Source: Rebecca billardiae RCC1528 (Eukaryota; Protista; Haptophyta). From it: a stretch of 64,000 bases of DNA. This document shows positions 57,376 through 64,000 of this stretch, piece by piece. The notes beneath the pieces are model-generated. The model worked only from the letters and a program-made list of their open reading frames with translations, had not been told where the DNA came from and ran no database searches. The stretch covers positions 744,001-808,000 of the forward strand of contig OZ251227.1 in NCBI GenBank assembly GCA_965240325.2, in the 5' to 3' direction. A program made the translations under genes and the position numbers. Numbering within the stretch: position 1 is the first letter of the stretch; every line of letters begins with the position of its first letter.

Positions 57376-57435
57376 AGGCTCGGAGGAGGGCTGGGGAGGC
57401 GGGGTGGGGTGGCGGCACCGTATACCCCCACACAC
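57376..57435 (-). repeat. Right terminal inverted repeat of the virus
   Basis: Ends ...CACCGTATACCCCCACACAC. Confidence 0.95.
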
Positions 57436-58037
57436 TGCGCTGCGCTCAGGAGGCCGTGCGCGGGCGCAGTCTCCGGCAGGGCGATCAGCGCCAGCGGCAG
57501 CACGGCCGCCACGACGGCGCCGAGGAGGACGAAGACGGCGCGCCAGCCAAGCGTGCTGCCCACCGCCGAGCCGATCAGCGGCGCGAGGACGACCAGTACG
57601 GAGCGCGCCACACCTATCGTCGCGTTCACGCGCGAGCGTTCGGCGACGCTGTCGAGCATGTCGCGAGCTATCGTGCGCGCAAACACCTGCGCTCCCTGGC
57701 CGGTGCATTGCAGCGCGCGCCCGACGACGAGCCACGTGACCGTGGGCGCGCACGCGCATATGACCGAGCCGGAGACGAAGATGCCAAGCGCGGCAATCAG
57801 CGGCCCTCGCCGGCCGAGCGCATCGCTGATCGCGCCGGTGCCAAGCGTCGCGAGCGCGGCCACAATCCATCCGATCTGGAGTGTGCGCGAGACCTCCGCG
57901 AACGAGCAGTCCAAGTCGCGCATGATCGCCAGCACATTCGGCAAGTACATGTCGGTCATCACGGGCCCGAGCGCATCGGTGACCGTGATGATCCCCCACA
58001 CCGCCCACGCGAGCGGCGTGCGCGCTGGGGGCTCCAT
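57436..58037 (-). pseudogene. N-terminal half of the second MFS paralog
   Basis: Matches 19293-19895 (TDMYLP, GAISDALGRR, LPET); the frame reads on into the viral end until the stop at 57117. Confidence 0.9.
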
Positions 58038-58206
58038 CCCGGCATCGCCGGCCCTCGGATGCACGGGAAGGCTGTGTATTGTACGGCGTGCAAGTTCGCG
58101 AGTCGCGGGAGAAGCGAGATTGAGACAACTGTCTTCCGCAGCCGCGCGAGCACACTACACTAGCAAGGCCTTGACACTAGAGTCGCACACGACAACATCG
58201 CTGATG

Positions 58207-59315
58207 CAAGGGAGTCAAGGGTGCCCGCGCCCCAGTGGCGCGCTCGGCGGATGTTGGGATACACCTTTTTGCCCGCGGCCCTGCGGCGGCGGCGGCGATG
58301 GCGTGCTCCGCTGGCGGGGCGAGCGCACGGGGCACGGCGCTGCGGGCGCGGATGTGCCCGCGAAGCCGGCGCGTGCGGACGGGCTGTTGCGGGAGAGCAT
58401 CTGGCGCCCTCCTGCGCCGCGCGACTTGCGCCACGCCTCTTTCGCCTCGGCTCAGAGCAGCGCGCACGCACGCGCCGCCTCAAGGCCAGCCTTGCCGCGC
58501 CGCAGCCGACCGCGCGCGCGCCGTGCGCGGCGTGGTCGGGAAGGAACGGGCGCTGCTGCCGGGCGAGATGGCGACGTCATAGGCGCACGCCATGCCGCCC
58601 CGCCACGCCTTGACGAGAGTGTCGTCGGTCCGTTTGCACGCCTTTTCGACTTGTCACAAATGGTGTGCACTGCCTCGCGGTCGTGACCGTTGTCGGGACG
58701 ATCATTGAGACACAGAACAGTGCCAGACGGGCACGCGGGCTACTCTTACATGAATGTTCATCACCGCGTGGTCATGTAGAAGTGCTGGGTGCGACGCTTT
58801 CCTCGCGCTGATGCTCTTTCATCATCTTCTTCGAGCTCAGGTCTGGCTTCAGGCACGGCAAGAAATCAGCACTCGTCAACAGCTGTGCGGATCCGTTCTC
58901 GTGCTCTTTCGCGGCGCCGCGGGGCGGCATGGCGTGCGCCCATGACGTCGCCATCTCGCCCGGCAGCAGCGCCCGTTCCTTCCCGACCACGCCGCGCACG
59001 GCGCGCGCGCGGTCGGCTGCGGCGCGGCAAGGCTGGCCTTGAGGCGGCGCGTGCGTGCGCGCTGCTCTGAGCCGAGGCGAAAGAGGCGTGGCGCAAGTCG
59101 CGCGTCGCAGGAGGGCGCCCGATACTCTCCCGCAACAGCCCGTCCGCACGCGCCGGCTTCGCGGGCACATCCGCGCCCGCAGCGCCGTGCCCCGTGCGCT
59201 CGCCCCGCCAGCGGAGCACGCCATCGCCGCCGCCGCCGCAGGGCCGCGGGCAAAAAGGTGTATCCCAACATCCGCCGAGCGCGCCACTGGGGCGCGGGCA
59301 CCCTTGACTCCCTTG
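58207..59315. mobile_element. P-like foldback element (1109 bp, ~400-bp arms)
   Basis: Ends CAAGGGAGTCAAGGG...CCCTTGACTCCCTTG. Perfect 7-bp TSD GCTGATG at 58200-58206 and 59316-59322. Confidence 0.92.
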
Positions 59316-59437
59316 GCTGATGGAAAGCAATAAGATCCCAGATCCCCCTTGGCCCGGGCCCCCGCCACCTTGTTTGCTGCCGTGCTTCATATGGGGGTAC
59401 TACCCCATATGGTACTGGAGCTTTCGAGCGTCCTTTG

Positions 59438-60106
59438 ATGCGGCGGCGTTTGTTGGTGAACGGGCACGCTGAGCAAACCCGCGCGATGCGAGCCAAAAAG
59501 CCGACCACACTCGGTGCGACCGCGACGACGGGAGTGGCAGTCGCGTTCACGTGCGCCCTGGCAGCCGCGGTGCTCGATCTGCAAGACCGTTCGAAGTTCT
59601 TTCGCGAACTTGACGCCCACCTGCACTCGGCATCGTCGATCCTGGACTTTGGCGGTGGTCGATGTGAATTAAGCGCGCACATCAATGGGCGCACCAACGT
59701 CACAACTGTCGACATTTACCGCGGCTGCGAGGACGCAGACACCTACGACGGGCGCACGCTTCCCTACGACGACGGATCATTTGATGTGGTCGTGGCGTCC
59801 TTCGTTCTTCACCACATCCCACACCACCGCGACATCGTCCAAGAGCTTCATCGTGTGTCGCGCGGCAGTGTGGTAATCCTCGAGGACAACCCACGGACCC
59901 ACGTGCACTGGGCGCTGACGCGGCTCCACTTTCTATTCTTCGGGCAGCCCATGTCCACCGCCGAGCACGTGAGACCGCCCACCTACTGGCTTCGCCTCTT
60001 AGGCGGGGGCTCCGGCCAAATCGATGGTGCCGTAGTACGGGAGCTGCCAACGGTCAGCTGGCTCAACCCGACGCCGCACGTGCTCATTGCGGTCGACTCG
60101 ACGTGA
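59438..60106 (+). CDS. Class I SAM-dependent methyltransferase (Methyltransf_11-like)
   Basis: ILDFGGGRC, YDGRTLPYDDGSFDVV, VLHHI, ELHRVS. Confidence 0.88.
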   Translation: MRRRLLVNGHAEQTRAMRAKKPTTLGATATTGVAVAFTCALAAAVLDLQDRSKFFRELDAHLHSASSILDFGGGRCELSAHINGRTNVTTVDIYRGCEDADTYDGRTLPYDDGSFDVVVASFVLHHIPHHRDIVQELHRVSRGSVVILEDNPRTHVHWALTRLHFLFFGQPMSTAEHVRPPTYWLRLLGGGSGQIDGAVVRELPTVSWLNPTPHVLIAVDST

Positions 60107-60434
60107 GCTCATTAGGAGACCCGGTGTGCAGGCACCCTGCTCCTGGCAACCAGTGCCACAGCGGGTCAGAGCCGTCAGCCCGACTGGCGTGGCGCCATCC
60201 GGTCGTGCTCATGCCTGCCCGCACACGCGGGCCGCACAGGGCTGCGCGTTGGGGCCAGGCCGGCGGGCCAGCTCCGGTCACTGTCCGGGACGACTGTCAG
60301 CATGATGTGGGTTTCTTCATCTCCTGGGGGGTACGGGGATGGGGGGGGGGTCCCAGCCAATCGAAGCAGGACCAAATACGACTGCTTAGCAATATAGGGG
60401 CCGGGCTCCGGCTTCTGGTCCACCCCCCGCCCGG

Positions 60435-63400
60435 CATTGCGTTAATTTCTTGTGGGGCGAAACGAGTGTTCGCGAAAAAGGGAGGCTCTCGAAAATCACG
60501 AAAGCAGTGCTCCCATTGGCCGAAACGAGTGAACCATGTCACCCACATTTTGAGTAAAGTCCCATGAAAGACAATGAAAACTGAGCAGGTTGGAATCAGA
60601 GTCTCGCGAAAGCACTAATCATGTCAGCGAAGCAGAGGCCAAAGGCACACACGTCCAAAGCCGTAGATCCTGCAGGGAGGAGGCCGGGGGGCGACGACGA
60701 GTCCGGCGTATCAGAGGAACACTTTTGCGCGATTTCGTCAGACGAGAGCGCTCACGCTTCCTTGATGGCGTTGAGTGCCAGCGGGATGTTGCAGGTCGTC
60801 GTTCATGAGCGTGGCGAAGGGAGCGTCCAACCCATGCTTATCTGCGCCCGGCTGCGTGGCCCTCTCCGTCTCGGTCACCGCTGCGCTGCACCACACCCTC
60901 TCCGCTGCCCGCTGCTGCAGGCCGACTGCGGCAGGCGGACTTGAGGACGCCGACGCCACAGGCCGACGAGGCGGCTACCGTCAGCCACGACCACTTTGTG
61001 GAGGCACGTGCTGTGCCATCCGTGCCGCGTGCAGCGGCGGCTGGAGCGCGGCAATCGCAGCCCGCCACGGCCTCGCTGGTGGCAGCGCATGCGCTGCATG
61101 CGGCATCAGAACGGCGCAGGCCCGGCGCGCCGGCGCTGTCGGTTGCGCTCGCGCTCGCCACTCAAGCAGCGGCGCCGTGATCGGTGATGGAACGGTGTGC
61201 CTGCTGGCCATCTGCGCGCAAGGCGCGGGGTCCTCGTGCAGAGCATGTCGACAGGCCGACAGTCAAGTAGGCGGAGGGTGCTTACCCGGCTCGGCGGTGA
61301 GCCTCGCCCGCGACTGCGCACATGAGGAGCGCGCGTGCATATCCACGGCGCATTGGGCGGCAGCTGGAGTGGCGCAGCCACATTCTGCCGCAGCGCCGCC
61401 CCGCGCTTCCACGCTGGCAGACGCGGCTTCGAACCGCCTCCGTCGCCGCCTCCACCGCAGCATGATTGGGATCCGCCGGAGAAGAACGACCGTGTCGCGC
61501 GCGGCCAGACCGCCATCATCGGCGCGCGGACGCGGACGGCGGCGGGGCCGCGGGTGTGACTCGCGGATGTATGCCGCCATCATGGTCTGTGACACTGCCT
61601 TCGGATGCCACGGGACCGAGTGCCGTCAATGACTGCGCGGGCCAAGGCCGCGGCCGGGCGACGCCTGCGCCGGCCACGCCGCCGCCGTCAGTCAGCTGTC
61701 CGACGACACCTGATCTGCGGTCGACGCCGGTCCCGCGGGCGCGGTGGCCTCGCCCTCGGACTTTTGACGAGCGCAACGGCTCGTTTTCTACATCATCACA
61801 TATACGCTACTTGCAGCATCAGCGCGGCCGCGGCGTCCCCGTGGCCGTCTACTGCGTCATGCCGTCCGAGGCTGCTGAGTCTGATGACGATGACCTCTTT
61901 AGTCAGACCGTGCTGCCCGCGCGGGCCGCGCCGTTGATATGGTCCGGGATGTCGTCAATTGTCGATCGACACTGATGAGTGCGTCCGGCCGCCGTAACTT
62001 TAGTCTCCGACGACTCTGACTCCGCCGAGTAATTCTAACAACAATGTAGTTATGGCGGCTGTCCGAGTCCCCGGCCGCGTCGACGTAGTGACGAACTCCG
62101 ACGCTGCATGATTGATCTACTATGCTGATGCCAATCGTCGTGAGTGAGCCTGGTGTGAGTCGTGGTGAGCGCCGCCAGCAGGCGTCGACTGACGAGCCGC
62201 CAGCAGGCGTTGACTGACGAGCTGCGTACTACAGTATGACGAGACGACAGTAATCGTCAGTATAGCTGCTGACACTAGACACTGTGATGTGATTATGATC
62301 ACGTCGCCGCCGCCGCGCCGCTCGCCGGGAAGCAAGCACGTGCTCGATCACTCGATCAGCGTGGCGGAGAACCGCCTTACACTGCAGCAGAGTCACCGTA
62401 TTTAGTCTGCTGCTGTCTGAATCTGATGCCATGCGAGGCACGCCGTGACGCCGCGGGCCGCCGCCGGTCGGCACGCGCGCCGGGTGAGGCACGCCGTGAC
62501 GCCGCGGGCCGCCGCCGGTCACGGCACACGCGCCGAGTCACTCCGCGCCGGGTGCCCTGCCCCAGTACTACGTACGATATTATTCACTTTTAAACCGTAG
62601 GGCCGCAGGCGCTGATGAGCCTGTCAGGAATATACACGACTATACGACTACGGCATGCATGGTGATTGAAACGGAAGATCGAAGTGACTCCGATGAGACG
62701 TATGAGTGAGGATCGAATCGGATGAGCCCGCTATTCTGGGTGCCTCAGGCTGGCAGCCGTGGCCGTCGCGCGGAGCCCGACGCCAGCGCACTACGTCGTG
62801 GGCGCACGGATCTAAAAACCACTAGCTCGACGCTGCACGGGAAAAGTGGCGGTGCCCGGCGGCGCACAGACGCAGACTGCTATCATGATTATCAGAGCAC
62901 GTTCTCACCGCCGGGCAGCACTGCACGAGAATAGTGCCGCGGCGGGGGTGCCTGTCGGCGCGGCGCACAGACACTATGATCATCGGATGATCATCGGAGC
63001 ACGTTCTCACCGGGCAGCACCGTGGGATGGCCGTTATCGCCCTAGTCTTGGGCACCCCGGACCTGTACAGCAGCAGCCACCGCAGCTTCTTCCGCGCCTC
63101 GCCTCGTCGTCGGTGTTGAATGTGACTCGCGGCCGGCGCGCTTGGCAATGATGGCGTCACCAGCCGCCTCCGCGCAGAAGTGGCTTCGGTCAAAGTACAC
63201 CAGCCTTGGCAAGGCAATGGGCTCTGACGGTGCTCCCGACCTGACTGCACCACCCATGCTGTCGAGCAGTGACTGCGGCTGCAGGGAGCACTGCAAGAAG
63301 AGGTAGGACTCGATGCCCGCCATGCCCGACCCATCCATTTCCCGCTCGCGCGGGTTCTCGAGCGACGAGATGATCAGGGGCAGGGCGTGGCGGTGTTGAT

Positions 63401-63919
63401 GGCCGCGCGAGAACTGGTTGATCACGAACCTGCATGAGCTGACCACCGCATCTGTGGCTGCGGACACTCTGTTCGCTTCACGTGCTCCGCGCTGCGGAGC
63501 GCGGACTCCAACTGACCGGCCCGCCGCGCACGAGCAATTTACCGCGCAGCACCCGCTGGTCTTGGGCAACGGTCAACGCCCAGCCGCGTCCATCACCTTA
63601 CTGCTTGGCGCCATTCTGCCACGCCGTGTTCGGACCGCAGCCCGAGCTGTAGTAGCGAGCAGGTGTTCGACCGGGAAAGGCCAGGGCGCCAGCTTCACCT
63701 CCCCTCGGTGGCTCGGTCGGAACTGGCGGAGCTGGAGCTGGTCCTCGAAGCGCGACGATGGGAAGATTGAAGAGTCCCTGCGGACCTCCCTATTACGGGA
63801 ATCTTGCGCTCTCGAGCGCTATTGAAGGGTGTTAAAGCCTCAGCCAATCAGGGGCGGCCATGTTTTTTCCTCGACGTCTGCCAAACACTCGTTTCGGCCC
63901 ACCTCAGATTAACGCAATG
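60435..63919 (+). mobile_element. Non-autonomous TIR element, family A, copy 3 (3485 bp)
   Basis: Almost identical to copy 2 at an offset of 37,223 bp. Confidence 0.88.
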
Positions 63920-64000
63920 GGAACCACGGCCTCAGTACTAGTCAGTGGCACTGGCAGAATTTAAATCAATTATAATGACCGCGTTCCGCAGTCCTCTTCC

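Larger units (their letters stand above)
38365..57435. mobile_element. Complete endogenous Polinton-like virus (pPolB-type), 19,071 bp including a nested transposon
   Basis: 60-bp TIRs; MCP, penton, A32 ATPase, pPolB, Tlr6F and lipase genes; compact intronless layout with AT-rich intergenic spacers; interrupts a host gene. Confidence 0.95.

Overview
GC-rich, apparently intron-poor eukaryotic DNA; a haptophyte-like microalga is my inference from composition only. The main feature is a complete endogenous Polinton-like virus (PLV) at 38365-57435 (19,071 bp; about 15,980 bp without a nested insertion). It has 60-bp terminal inverted repeats (TIRs) and encodes a protein-primed PolB, double-jelly-roll major capsid, penton, A32-like packaging ATPase, Tlr6F, a T5orf172/GIY-YIG protein, a lipase and a LamG-repeat fibre-like protein. 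I recognise no integrase or recombinase in it. The virus splits one of two near-identical MFS transporter genes. Comparison with the intact paralog (18431-20068) shows a base-perfect insertion with no target-site duplication (TSD) and no deletion. The viral PolB is interrupted by a composite Tc1/mariner-type element (two 778-bp MITEs around cargo, TA TSD) and by a +1 homopolymer frameshift. Host genes include a CRAL-TRIO protein, a PlsC acyltransferase, GAR1, two methyltransferases and a FAR-17a/AIG1-like protein. Non-autonomous DNA transposons are abundant: three copies of a 3.5-kb CATTG-ended element, four CAAGGG-ended P-like elements with 7-bp TSDs (three are ~1.1-kb foldbacks), a CACAGTG-ended element and a Helentron-like element. 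No rRNA, tRNA or CRISPR array was seen. All protein calls come from reading motifs by eye; no database search was run.
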